DNA of 32,857 nucleotides from the NCBI GenBank assembly GCA_000708835.1, contig DF237734.1, positions 1 to 32,857 on the forward strand, in the 5' to 3' direction. This stretch comes from Klebsormidium nitens (taxonomy: Eukaryota; Plantae; Klebsormidiophyceae). Positions within the stretch are counted from its first letter, which is position 1. Every line of letters begins with the position of its first letter. This document shows, piece after piece, positions 21,634 to 32,857 of this stretch. The notes below the pieces were generated by a model. That model was not told the origin of the DNA and made no database searches. It saw nothing but the letters and a program-made list of their open reading frames with translations. Made by a program: the position numbers and the translations under genes.

Positions 21634-24600
21634 ATGACAGCTCCTGCGGGGGGTTCAGGCAAGGGCAAGAAGCATGGAGGGGAGTGCGTCAAGGTGGTGG
21701 TGCGGTGTCGGCCGTTGGCGAGCAAAGAGATTGCAGATGGCCGCCAGCGCATTGTGGACATGGACTCGCAAACCGGACAGGTGAGCTCGCTGGCCTGCTG
21801 TGCTGCTCATTGTGCGTTGACATTCCAGTTCCATGTTGGCTTTCAGATTGTCATGGTAGAGTACACTCCAAGCACGCAATTTCTACTTCAATACTCCCTC
21901 CTGAAGTTCTCAGTAAGTAGAAACCCCACTCTTACAGCAACGTGATGTACTTCAAATGAGTTAGGTCTCGGCCGTATACTGTTCTTAGCAACGCACCTTC
22001 CTCAAAGAGAATGTCAACAGTGCAATTTTGCAAGTGGTGCCCTATCTTGTTGCGTCCCCAAGCTCGACGCAATCTGACAATTTGTCCACAGTCACTGCAA
22101 CCTCTGTACGTGCCCAAACTTTCAGGAGAGGAGATTCTAGAAAATTTTATGGCAGACATTTTCGACCGCAGTTCTGCTTCAACAGGAAAGGGGAATACAG
22201 AAAAGCAGTGATCACAAGAAGAGTCAAAGGTTTTGAATCTGCTCTGTGACAGCCTGAAAGGGTCTTGCTTGTTCAAGTCTCCTGCTTATGTCTGAGTCCC
22301 GTGCTCGCAAATAGCACCTTTGCTTCACTCAGACCGCCTCAGGTTCTAGTATATTTTATTCCCGGGTTCATAGATCAGTATGGCTACAGAAATGAAGCTG
22401 TTTCCTTAACCGCAGGTCACGGTGCGGAACCCGAAAATGGACCTCAAGGAGCCCCCCAAGGCGTTCACCTTTGACCAAGTCTTCGACTGGAACAGCACCC
22501 AGGAGCAGGTCTACGAGGACGCTGCCAAGCCGATTGTGATCAGCGTGTTGGAAGGATACAACGGAACGGTCTTTGCGTATGGTCAGACAGGGACGGGGAA
22601 GACGCATACCATGGAGGGAAGGGACGAGCCAGGTAAGACTTGCTTGTTGGAAAAATTCCTCTCATACGCTGAGAAGGGAATCGGTAAATGAAGCAGTGAC
22701 GGATGTCCAAAGGGGCATCAACGAAACCCATTTAAAGCCAGGAGTTGAAGCTCCACAGCCACGCGCTCACTGGTTTAGCATTTTGCTCGCCCATTTACAC
22801 AGCGCATTCTTCTCTACCACGCACGAATCAAAAGAGACGACTGCTGATTTCTTAAGTCGGAGGATGTTGAAAGCCTGTACTCTTTGAGCCGCAGGCTAAT
22901 CTCCGCTGCATGACCGCCCTTTCATTGGATCGGAATGCTCTTTAACTGCTCTTTAACGTCTATCTGTTACTTTTTACAATGGACTGGCGCATGCTTTGAA
23001 CTCCTCTTGACTTCCTTTCCTTCACTTTGCGCAGCGGACCAGCGCGGCATCATCCCAAACGCCTTCGAGCACATTTTTGCCGAGATCGCGCAAACCGAGG
23101 GCACGGAATTCCTCGTCCGGGCGTCGTTTCTGGAGATCTATAACGAAGAGATTCGGGACTTGCTGGCGAAGAACCCGAACAACAAGCTCGAATTGAAGGA
23201 GAGCGTCGAGACGGGGGTTTACGTCAAGGACTTAACCAGCTTCGTGGTTAAGGGGGTTCAAGAGATCCGGAACGTGCTGCTGGTCGGGAAGAAGAACCGG
23301 ACGGTCGGGGCGACCCTGATGAACCAGGTGGGTGAATGAGTGCGTCCGGTTGAAAAGAACATGCTCAAGTTTAAACAGAAGCTTCCCCTACTCGCAGGAA
23401 AGGTTGACTTGTCGATCAGGAGCACGCCCTGCCTTTGTAGAGAGAGACTCGCGCTCAAAGACGTGTATCCGATTCAGCGGGATCCCTTCAGCAGCGGGCT
23501 TGGCAACCGAGTGAAAGACCAGAACTGCCACCTGTTCGTTATCTTGGTGAAGCCAGTAACATACCAACTCGCTATCCAGTTTGTGCGAGTACGCGACTGA
23601 GTCTCTGACCTTACTAAACAACCAGCTTCTGTTCTGACAGCCCTTGCAAAGTGGAGTCATCGGCCCAATGCTGGTCCGAAAGGACCGATCAGCGGGTGTG
23701 TTGAGTCTGACCCCACAAGCATGTTGTGAATAACCTACCAGCCATCACCAAGAGCTGAGACCTGTGAACAAATAAATTTGTGGAGCACTTTTCCAGACAG
23801 GCCTCTGAATGCAAACACCTACCACCGCTCCCCGGTTCCAGGACTCGTCCCGGTCGCACTCCATCTTTTCGATCACCATCGAAACCAGCACGCACATCAA
23901 GGCAGGGCCCAAAGACGACGGGCCGACCATTCGCGTGGGGAAGCTGAACCTGGTGGATCTCGCGGGGAGCGAGCGGCAGGGCAAAACGGGGGCCACGGGT
24001 GAGCGCCACGTGGCAGGGTCCCAATCGTTGGTAGAAGAAGGCAGCCGTCAGGGCGCGTTTTGATTTCACGACTGCTTGCGCCGACTGACTTGTGTGGAGC
24101 AACATTCAGAAACTGTGCACCAGATCCTTCCGCGCTGCATTCCGCTTACAAAGAAAGGCTCGCTAGCGGATGTCAATCCTTTCGTCGTGTTCACTCTGTC
24201 CCTGAGCAGGGATTGTAGTCAGAGACGGCGAATCTGAGAATCGAAAATAAAGACCTTCAGGAATTTGGGACTCCGACTTGGATTCCACCGTCTCAGATTC
24301 CCCGACGAGGCCCTAATAAGGTATGTAGAGACAGATGCTCTTCCTACCTTACCAGGTGACCGGTTGAAGGAAGCGACCAACATCAACTGGTCGCTGTCTG
24401 CGCTCGGCAACGTCATTAGCGCTCTTGTCGATGGGAAGAGTGGGCACATCCCGTACCGAGACAGCAAGCTCACGCGGCTGCTCCAGGACAGTCTCGGGGG
24501 TGAGTTTGCTAGACTTTGGGCATTCTCTTGTTCTCAGAAATATTTTATTCTCACCAATAGCTACAGTGACGGAGAGTCTTCTTTGTCTCATCGGCACATT

Positions 24601-27600
24601 TGTTCCGCGAAATGGGTGGCCGAGGTCTAGGTTGGACGATTGAAAGTACTTCCAGTTGCGGCAGCGATTCCGTTTATTGCGTCGGCCATCCGGCAACTGG
24701 AAAGACGTGAAGATTAGTTGACCTCCCAATCAAGCATCACCTCGACTTCGTACTTGATTCCTTGTACAAAGTTCGTACGCTCAATGGCTAGTTTTTCGGC
24801 TGCCTAAATGCTTACCCAGCCTCACGATCCAGCAAGCATCTCGGTGTTCTCCTTTTTCACAAAAGACAACCCAGCAAGCAGAGATTCTGAACACAGGACA
24901 GACTGACCACTGGAGCTCAAACTCAGGCAACAGCAAGCCGCTCACGGTCGCCGATCTAGGCCCTACGGATACTACTTGAAAAGCCCCCGTAAAAAGTGCA
25001 GGTTGATGTTTTGGTGTTAAAAAGCTGAGCCTGACGCCAAGTGTGTCACAGGTAACACCAAGACGGTGATGGTCGCCAACCTGGGCCCCGCAGACTACAA
25101 CTTCGACGAGACGGTGAGCACGCTGCGGTACGCGAACCGCGCGAAGAACATCAAGAACAAGCCGCGCATCAACGAGGACCCCAAGGACGCCATGCTGCGC
25201 GAGTTCCAGGAGGAGATCGCGCGGTGAGCGCCGGTTCCACTTTGGCATTTTGCTATTTCTGCACCAGCAGAACTGTTGTTACGCGTTACGAAGGTAACTT
25301 TAGGAAGGGTCACAAAATGCGTTGTCGTGGTTGCAAAGACAAGTTGTGCGGCGAGAGTAGCTCCTTTGTGTAGGGTTCGCTGGGCAATGCAAGGGGGCCT
25401 TTATGGACCTCGTAAGGGGTTGACAGGAGCTTGGGAGGTTGTATTTAGGGGTGATTACGATGGGACAAGCAGCTGAGATTCCAAAGTCATCGCGGGCTGA
25501 GATCAGCAGCCCGGTGGCGGATCAGACCCGGCGGACAAGTCTTGGCGGAATCTTCAACTTACAGAAAACTTCCAAAAACGGTACAGAAAACTTCCAGAAA
25601 CGGAAGCTGATTCTGCCTCGCTTCTCGCCCTCTCCAGGTTGAAGAGCCAGCTTCAGCAGTCCGGCGGCGGCGCGGGCCCCAGCGGACGGATCTCGGACGG
25701 AGAGATGAGCGACGAGCGGATCGCGCACATCAAGGAGCAGATGCGGAAGGAAATGGAGAGCGGGCTGAACAAGGGGGCGAGCGAAGAAGCGATGGCAAAA
25801 ATGCGAGATGAGATCGAGAGGAAAGCGCGGGAAGAGATGGAGAGTATGATGAAAGAGCGGGAGCGGACGGAGGAAGAGAAAAAGCGGATAGCGCAGGTAA
25901 AGTTACGATTCTCCCATTTTACGATATCCATCTCTGAAGGATTAATGTACATATATCTGCGCTGTTGGCATGGGCGGATGCTGCCATAAGAGACGGCACT
26001 TTCCGTGTTATGGAAAGTTACTCTCAACGACGGAGGATCTGCCGCCCAGAGCAATGTTGAGATCGAAGGCGTGGTGCTGTTTGTCGATACTGCAGACCTA
26101 AAACGCTCAATGCCCAACAAGACCAACTCCGATCGTAGAGACTTCCATTCAAGTCAACTACAAGCTCTGTATCCTATCCTATTGTTTCAACACGCGGGCT
26201 GCCGCGGAGCCTGGCGGCCCTCCAAGTAAGGAAAGGTCCACCCACGACGATTCGGCCGCCGAAGAATGCTTTTGCACTGCCACTCCAGTTTCTTCTGAAG
26301 ACCTTGTTACGTTTCGTGTTCGCAGGACTTGGACTGGCAGCTTAGAGGTCGAATGGTTGACAGGGTTTATTTCTGGATCTAACTCTTCTATCCAAATTAT
26401 AGAGTTACCGTCTCCTTAAGCGTTCAGATTTTGTTACTCTTTGCAGGCTGCTGACCCGCTTCCATTCCGCCTCCAAGTTGGCCACAGCGCTTTGATTGCG
26501 TTGGATTAAGCTTTCGCTTTACGTTCCGGTTCGGATCCGCAGAAGTTGAACCAGCAGCAGGAGCTGTAGATACAGCGGCATTAAGAGGAGCTCGGGAAAG
26601 AGAAGCGGCAGTCAATCCTTCTTCAAACATTGATTTTTTCTGAAATTGGCATTAGCGCATTGTTCCGTCTCTGAAGCTTTCCGTTCCGGTTCCGTTCCGC
26701 AGGAGCTGGACCGGCAGCACGAAGAGATGCAGCGGCACTACGAGGAGCTGGCGAACGAGAAGCGGCAACGGGACGAGCTCGCGCGCAAGCTGAAGGCGAT
26801 GGAGGATAAGCTATTGCACGGAACTAGCAACGGCGAGAACCTGCTCGACAAGGCGGAACGGTTCGAGCGGGAGCTGCAGCAGAAAGAGGCGGAACTCGCG
26901 GAAAAGCGGCGAATCGACGAAGAGAAGCAGCGGAAGATCGCGGAACTAGAGGTGAGGGATCAGGTGGAGGCTGAGAAGAATGGACGATCTAGACCGGCGG
27001 TAAACGGGGAAAGAAAGCTTCACGAGAGTGCATTCCTGGGCGGAAGTCCACTGGATAGGCAGAAGGCCGAGCTGAAACAAAGCGTTCCTCTCCAGAAAAA
27101 GCGACCATCAGCATTGGGCATGTTATAAGATCGTTTAAACTCATGGGAAGCCTGAACGTAACTCATTCCCGCTTTATTGTACGTCTTTCGGATCCACCTA
27201 CACCTGGTCGAGGCTGCAAAAGACCCGAAAAGACCAGGTCTTTGCAGAGTGTGCGAAGCTCTCTTCAGACACCCAACCTCACGTCACTGTTTCCCACGTC
27301 ACTTACACTCGCTGACATCATGCACTGACGTCACGCTCCGGTTTTCTTCGTCGCAGGACGCCCAACTGACGGCGGAAGAGCGGTACTCTAGCCTGGCAGA
27401 CGAGATCGACTCGAAGACCAAAAAGCTGAAACGAGCGATTGCGAAGTACCAAGGGGCCAAAGCGGAGGTGGAACAGGCGCACCGAGAGATGCAGGAGTTG
27501 AACGAAGAGTTTCAGCGCGAGCGAGAAGATCTGCTGGATTCCATACGCGCGCTAGACCAACAGCTGCGGCTCAAGAACCTTATTATCGAGGTGAGACTTT

Positions 27601-28981
27601 GGCGCCAGGACGTTTCAACATGTCCCACAGAGTACAAGCTTCCGCTGTCGGTTGTTACAGCTGCTTGAACGAGCTCATTGGTTTTGCCGCAATAAGATGT
27701 GCTTGGCCCTTTAGGTTACAATTTATGATCGAGCTTTTGTCGCTCTTAGTCGTTGATATCAAGCGGCAGCTGCTTCTGAGCCTCTTACGTGGTGGTGTCA
27801 AACGAAAAATCCCCCTCACTACGCTTTGTGATGTCTCCCTTCTTGGAGCTTTGTCCCGACAAGAACAGTGAAGCAGCTCGCCATGCAATCTCTTCCTCAT
27901 CACAATTGGTTATTCTTGCTATATCCGGAAGCGCTGGAACGGTCTTCCTTTCGTTAAGCAAAGCGCTTTTCGCCCGCAGAGCTTCGTTCCGCCGGAAGAG
28001 GTGAACAAAATCATGCGGCGCGCGCACTGGGACGAGGACCATGAGCGGTGGATTTTGGAGGGGGTGCAGTACGCAGGGAATAATGCGAAAGCGAAGCGGC
28101 CCATATCCGCAGCGGGGCAGCGGCGACCAATCTCTGACTACGCCCGCATCGCGGTTGCCATGGGGGAAAACAACCCGCGCTTCAAGTAAGATTCATGCAT
28201 ATCAGTGCGATTTGACCAGATTGAGAACAGAGTTTCCCCGAGGTTCGAGGGACTCAGCCGCTCATCGAAGCGCCAATTGGCGCGGACTTAAGATTCTGGT
28301 TTTGTTCTTTCAAGATTGCCTGTTTGGCTCAGATATAGGTTACCCGTTCAAGAAGACATGGAGGCACGTTCAACCCTGAGCTTTCGCTCGGGAGGGACTC
28401 ACAAGCGCGGATCTGTACGCCAGGGACGGGGATTAACCGGCAACTCTGTAAATCAGATATAACTAAGATTGACTGTAATCTGAACGTTCACATCGAAGTT
28501 GAGACGCCTTCAAACGTATTAAATTCACGCAGCTGCACTTGAAGAACTTGCATCCAGTGCCCCACGATGGCAGATATCCGTTTGATGAAGGCTTTTGGAT
28601 TTCAAGCTGCTCCGCTTGGCAGGATTTCGCTGTCCAACGCCGTTGCGGCGCTCTCAGCCGTAGGCTTCTGATGCGGTCACAACTAACGCTCACGTTCCGT
28701 TGGCCAGGGCGGAAAACATTTTGACGATGGAGTTGGACATGCCGGAACGGACGACGTACGACTACGACGGCGGGCCGGGCAACGCGCGCGTGCAGGCGAC
28801 GCTCAACCACGCGTTTGCGGACGATGGGGAGCAGCTGTTTTCGGACACCTTGCAGAGCGCGTATCTGTCGTACGATGACGGGGACTCGGCGGACAAGAAG
28901 CGCGCGGCGAGTAGGGCGGCCGCGCGGCCCAAGTCGGCGCGCCCGAAGTCGGGGCGGCCAAAGACGGCGGCTCGGTCGTGA
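21634..28981 (+). CDS. FLA10: Kinesin-2 motor subunit (anterograde IFT, KIF3/FLA10-like), 783 aa
   Basis: Exons 21634-21780, 22416-22632, 23035-23327, 23842-23998, 24356-24499, 25052-25223, 25638-25896, 26703-26951, 27357-27590, 27980-28185, 28708-28981 (2352 nt). P-loop GQTGTGKT, switch I SSRSHS, switch II DLAGSE, neck [22 protein letters not shown], coiled-coil stalk, KIF3-type tail [21 protein letters not shown]10 rather than FLA8 is a judgement from the N-terminal motor sequence. Confidence 0.92.
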
Positions 28982-30044
28982 GAAGGGAGTAGAAAGAGGC
29001 AGAGTATGTTTCTTGTTTGCACAGTTTCAGATTGCTTGCACGCGACTCATTGAAGCTGCTTGCCCGTTTGCATAGGCCTACGGTTTGCGGACAAGACCCA
29101 TTTAGGTCCGTGAGTGTAAAAAATGCGCGAGAGTCGTTGGGCAATAAGAAGTGTCATCTGACGAAGAACCCCTCTCAGAGAACGGCAATCGCCTCGTAGG
29201 TTTGTGCTTGCACCCAAAGGGACGTCACAAAACTTCTCCGATCGACTGGGCTCGCGTAAAAGCGATTCGCATCTGATGGAGTGAGCTTCCGCAAGGCCCC
29301 ACAAAGGATTTCGAGGGCAAGGCTACCTCCTCTGTGCCCTCTTTCCTCTAATTCTGAAACTGACAATGAAGGATGATCGAAGTCCTAACTGAGGGGGGCG
29401 CGATCCGTAATAGCGGGGTATGATATCAAGCAAACGTATCACTGCTTTCAAGGGAGCTGAAACGCTGATGCCGCAAATACAAACATGCTATTCCGTGCAT
29501 TTGTATGTTTACTCTTTGAAACCGCAGCTAGTACCGGCATGACTGACATCAAGTTCGAGAGCGGAAACGGTACATTCCTAGTCAACCGATAAGCCAGGAT
29601 CGCGTGACAAGGATTCCATGCCATCGGCTGTAGCGTCAACAGCCGGCATGCCGCGATATCTGTCCATGCTTGAAATGGAAATCTAACCAATGGGTCATGC
29701 TGCAACCGAGTTCGATTCAAGATACCAAGATTAGCGCAATCCTATAATGGCAACGGAGATGTTCTGTTAGCGAAGTGCTCGCGATACGGCTTTCGAGATT
29801 TTTCGTGGCGACTACTCACGGTTCAATGTCGAATTGGATACACAGTTCAATGTCGAATGAGCATATAAACACTCGATTTATTGCCCAACATGATACAATT
29901 TCTACTTTACAAGGCGGCCCCGCGCTCTAGAGATTGCAAACCCTCCGGAACAAACTTTATCACACGTGGGTAACTGCAAATGTACAACGTCCCACCCACA
30001 TGGCATTCACTGCCTGATTCCTCGTTCTTCATAATTCACGCTCT

Positions 30045-30237
30045 TCAGCAGCCAGTCACGTTACTGGGCGCCGTACCACAGTTGGGCAGGCAGATCCCGA
30101 TGAAGTTCTGCGCGGTGATGGGGTGAAGTCGGGGCTCCGCCGCAGCCGGCCGCGCAGTGGTACCCGAGGAAGCAGTCGAAGTCCGAGTTGCAGCCCTGAG
30201 TGCATGCAGCGCACGGCACGATGGCCTGGCAGACGGT
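30045..30237 (-). CDS. Terminal exon of a small Cys-rich protein with an apparent frameshift (possibly a pseudogene); upstream exons not identified
   Basis: After CTGACAG, the frame reads TVCQAIVPCAACTQGCNSDFDCFLGYHCAAGCGGA with strongly GC3-biased codons. A second frame continues PITAQNFIGICLPNCGTAPSNVTGC* (stop 30045-30047). The first frame alone stops at 30061. Confidence 0.5.
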
Positions 30238-31061
30238 CTGTCAGAGTCATACCTAGTACACGTTTGTGACAACCTTGGAAGAACGAGGCTTCGAGAATAT
30301 TGAGAACGCGTCAATCTGCGTCACCCAAGATTTGATCCTCGAATGCCTGCAAACGTCGTACATCTCTCGCTGAGGTTAGATCGGCACCTCTTTCCTACAA
30401 GAACATCTGCATGCTGCGTCACCATCGTTGGCTCCTGCCAAAAAACATTGCTAACGAAAGTCGCCTTGGACGCTAGCTGGAATGCTGATCCGGCTGACGT
30501 CAAGTCTGGCGCTTAGGGCAACGGACGGCGCGCGTGTTCAGCATGGCATTTTGGTCGGCTTGCTGACGTCACTGCGGATGCCTCCTCGCATGCCCGCTTT
30601 GGCGAGAGTCTTGGTGCGACAATCCGTAAGTGGCGAGGCCATCGACAAATCAGGCAAGCTTGATCTGCCCGCAGCGGCGATCCGAGAATTAGTATGGCGC
30701 AGTCGAAGTCAATCCGAGGATAAGAACGCCGCAGAAGAGAGCTCGCTTTTGCACTTTGAAACAACGATGGGCGGACTGCCTGCGTAAGCCTCGAAACCCG
30801 TTGACCGCTGCTCCATAAGTCTGTTCCACCCGATCCCACCGAACCACGAAGTTGGTCGCAAGCTTGCAGATGCACAGTACAACTCATTGAGGTCTGACAT
30901 TAACGGCCCCTTACGGCCATACCAATCTTGATGAGTCTTTCGTTCTATCAATTCTCTTCACTTCTTCGCGGAAACCCTTTGGCCTCTTTACCGCCGCAAG
31001 TAAAATTGAAGGCGCCACCCGTTCAGAGTTTTTTTCCGGCGGCCGGTCCTTGTCTGCGGAG

Positions 31062-32857
31062 ATGGGGCTCACGTCATCGCCGCTTCCAGTGTTCCTCTGC
31101 ATCATCATGCTGGTTGCGCTCGATGCAAAAGTAAGGAGGAGCTGGCGCTTGACGTTTTAGTTCTTTCGAAAGGTCTCGACCATTTATTTTTCAAAAAGCA
31201 CCGTCCGCGTCTTCCTCGTTGAGGAGCCAGGCTGAAATGCTCAGTGTTTCGGGTTTCGCCTCTCAGTTTTGTGCTTGCCGGCTCTCTCAGACGTTTGTGT
31301 TCAGAACAGTTTTGAATGCCTTAACACGTCTTTATCCATGTCTAGGTGTTCGCGTCCCCTCCTGGGCAGGACTTCCGCCCAAGCGGGCGGAAGATCCGTG
31401 GCGGAATGGACACCATGCAGTCGCAGCGCCAATTGCTGCAGATCGGTGAGTCGACTGCCATGTCTCATCTGACTGTGCAATCCAGATCTAGGCCAGACCG
31501 ATCGGCGCACTTTCCGTTAGCAAGTGAGGTCGGCGCTTCACGCCGACTCGATCAATCTGGTCTTGATCTTCGATTTCAAGGGCTTCTTTCAACTGGTTTT
31601 GTGTAGAGCCATTCAGTACGTGCCCTTCTTTTCCTATCGCATGGTCTACTACTCCGCTCGTTAGCTACCAAATTTGATGCTTTCAAGCACGTACCCGCGT
31701 GGGCGGAAGCTTCTAAAGGGAGATATTGACAGATTGTAACAATAGCCCCGGTCGGTCCCCTGTTAAAGTCATATATTCGTTTTATTGCCCGGATTTTCTG
31801 CTATAGCGTGCATATGGTGACGTTCCAAATCCAAGATGTGCTTCCCATGTGCTGAGACGGCTTCTTTTAGCCGACAACGATGTCCGATTTCACCCAGCGC
31901 TGTTTCATCAGGCGGATAAGATCTGGGTGTACTGCTCCACGGCCCGTAATCCCAAGCATGACGATGAAGAGAGTCCGTGAACATTTATGAGGAAACGTAA
32001 ATTGCAGCCGTATGGCATTCCTTCTGCTTGACCTCGATTCATTGGGCCCGTCTGTCATTCCTTCTGCTTGACTTCAATTCTTTGGGGCCGTCTGTCAGAT
32101 CTTTTGCGGACCTCGAACCCGGACGCCAGATCTGGAAAGGGGTGCTTGCCGAATGGTGACGTCCACGTCGATCTTCTTATTCGCTGTTGCAGCTGGTGGA
32201 GTGGCGTCCACATGCCCTGCCAGAGACGTGATGACGCGTCCCTCAGTGCAAGTAACGTGTGGTTACGTTCTTGCGGACGCTTCGAGTGGAGAGACTCAAG
32301 CGATCCTGACTTGCAACTACAATACAAAAGGGAATCTCACGAACTCTGAGACCAATATTCAGCCACGAGTGGGAACAGAGGCTCACAATACAACCATGAA
32401 CCTAGCCTTCCCTGGCACCTCCTGCCCAAGTAAGCCAAACTATTTATCCTTACCCTGGTACCTGCTTACCTCTCTTGTCAACTTCTTGAAACTGAATGAG
32501 TCCGTCGATCCGAAGTCACAGTTAATCTCAACAGGGGCCTGTCCATTGCAGTTTCAATGATGTGTGTCTTCAAAACCCAAACTATCTAAATGTCCATTGT
32601 GGGTTTTGCTACAAATCTATCACTGCGCTTTATGTCCCCTTGACCTTGCTAACGTGCACGATAACAACCGAGATCCCTTAGGTTATTAACCCGTCCAAGA
32701 TTGATCATGTACCACCTGCAAAGCGTTCCGCCTCCGAGGCACCCTGCTCTCCAATGCTGAAGTCCCCGAGCTTTCTTTGATCGTGAAGAATTTGTTTTCC
32801 AAATGCCTGTCTCTCAAATCTTGTTTGTGAACCTCCTTGTGGCAGGAGTCACGCCGT
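31062..32857 (+). CDS. Putative secreted protein of unknown function, 3' end outside the window
   Basis: Exon 31062-31130 (MGLTSSPLPVFLCIIMLVALDAK, signal-peptide-like; GTAAGG donor). Exon 31346-31445 (VFASPPGQ...SQRQLLQI; GTGAGT donor). Exon 32193-32429 (phase 1-1, four Cys, NLT/NTT sequons; GTAAGC donor). Probable next acceptor at 32844-32845. Confidence 0.68.
32016..32095. repeat. Tandem 40-bp duplication in an intron
   Basis: 32016-32055 vs 32056-32095 match at 36/40 nt. Confidence 0.85.

Noticed and set aside
26005-26229. 74-aa ORF in kinesin intron 7
   Set aside because: Non-ATG start, no motif, and inclusion is not needed for the coiled-coil frame.
29528-30260. Extra 3' kinesin exons (29528-29570; 30049 onward on +)
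   Set aside because: Their phases do not match the donor at ~28979, or they stop immediately. The 783-aa model ending at 28981 is already full length for kinesin-2, and the + frame at 30049 is the antisense of the Cys-rich exon.
32153-32560. ORF with an apparent signal peptide (MVTSTSIFLFAVAAGG...) as a stand-alone gene
   Set aside because: The 'hydrophobic' start is the intron polypyrimidine tract before TTGCAG (32191-32192), and the ORF contains a GTAAGC donor at 32430. It fits as exon 3 of the gene starting at 31062.

Overview
Eukaryotic, intron-rich nuclear DNA, not prokaryotic. Most ORF-track entries are exon fragments or antisense shadows, so I rebuilt gene models from GT-AG splice sites and checked phases by hand. 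TTTTAGGG telomere repeats, an IFT kinesin-2, a steroleosin-like SDR and a SMAP gene together suggest a flagellate-producing streptophyte alga such as Klebsormidium (inference). Contents in order: (1) the decayed 3' part of a Ty3/gypsy chromovirus (integrase, chromodomain, PPT, LTR; ~59-1663), whose integrase core is broken by a 42-bp inversion joined to telomeric repeats; (2) a 10-exon CYP85-clan-like cytochrome P450 with a transit-peptide-like N-terminus (2088-7879, +) and a duplicated exon fragment in intron 1; (3) a 55-aa SMAP1/COPS9-like gene (9455-10143, -), head-to-head with (4) a DCC/DUF393 thiol-disulfide oxidoreductase (10906-13385, +); (5) a 7-exon steroleosin/11beta-HSD-like SDR with a long transit-peptide-like extension (14863-19854, -); (6) an 11-exon kinesin-2, FLA10-like (21634-28981, +); (7) a Cys-rich exon with an apparent frameshift (30045-30237, -); (8) a secreted-protein gene that runs off the window (31062->32857, +). 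No rRNA, tRNA or CRISPR array was found.
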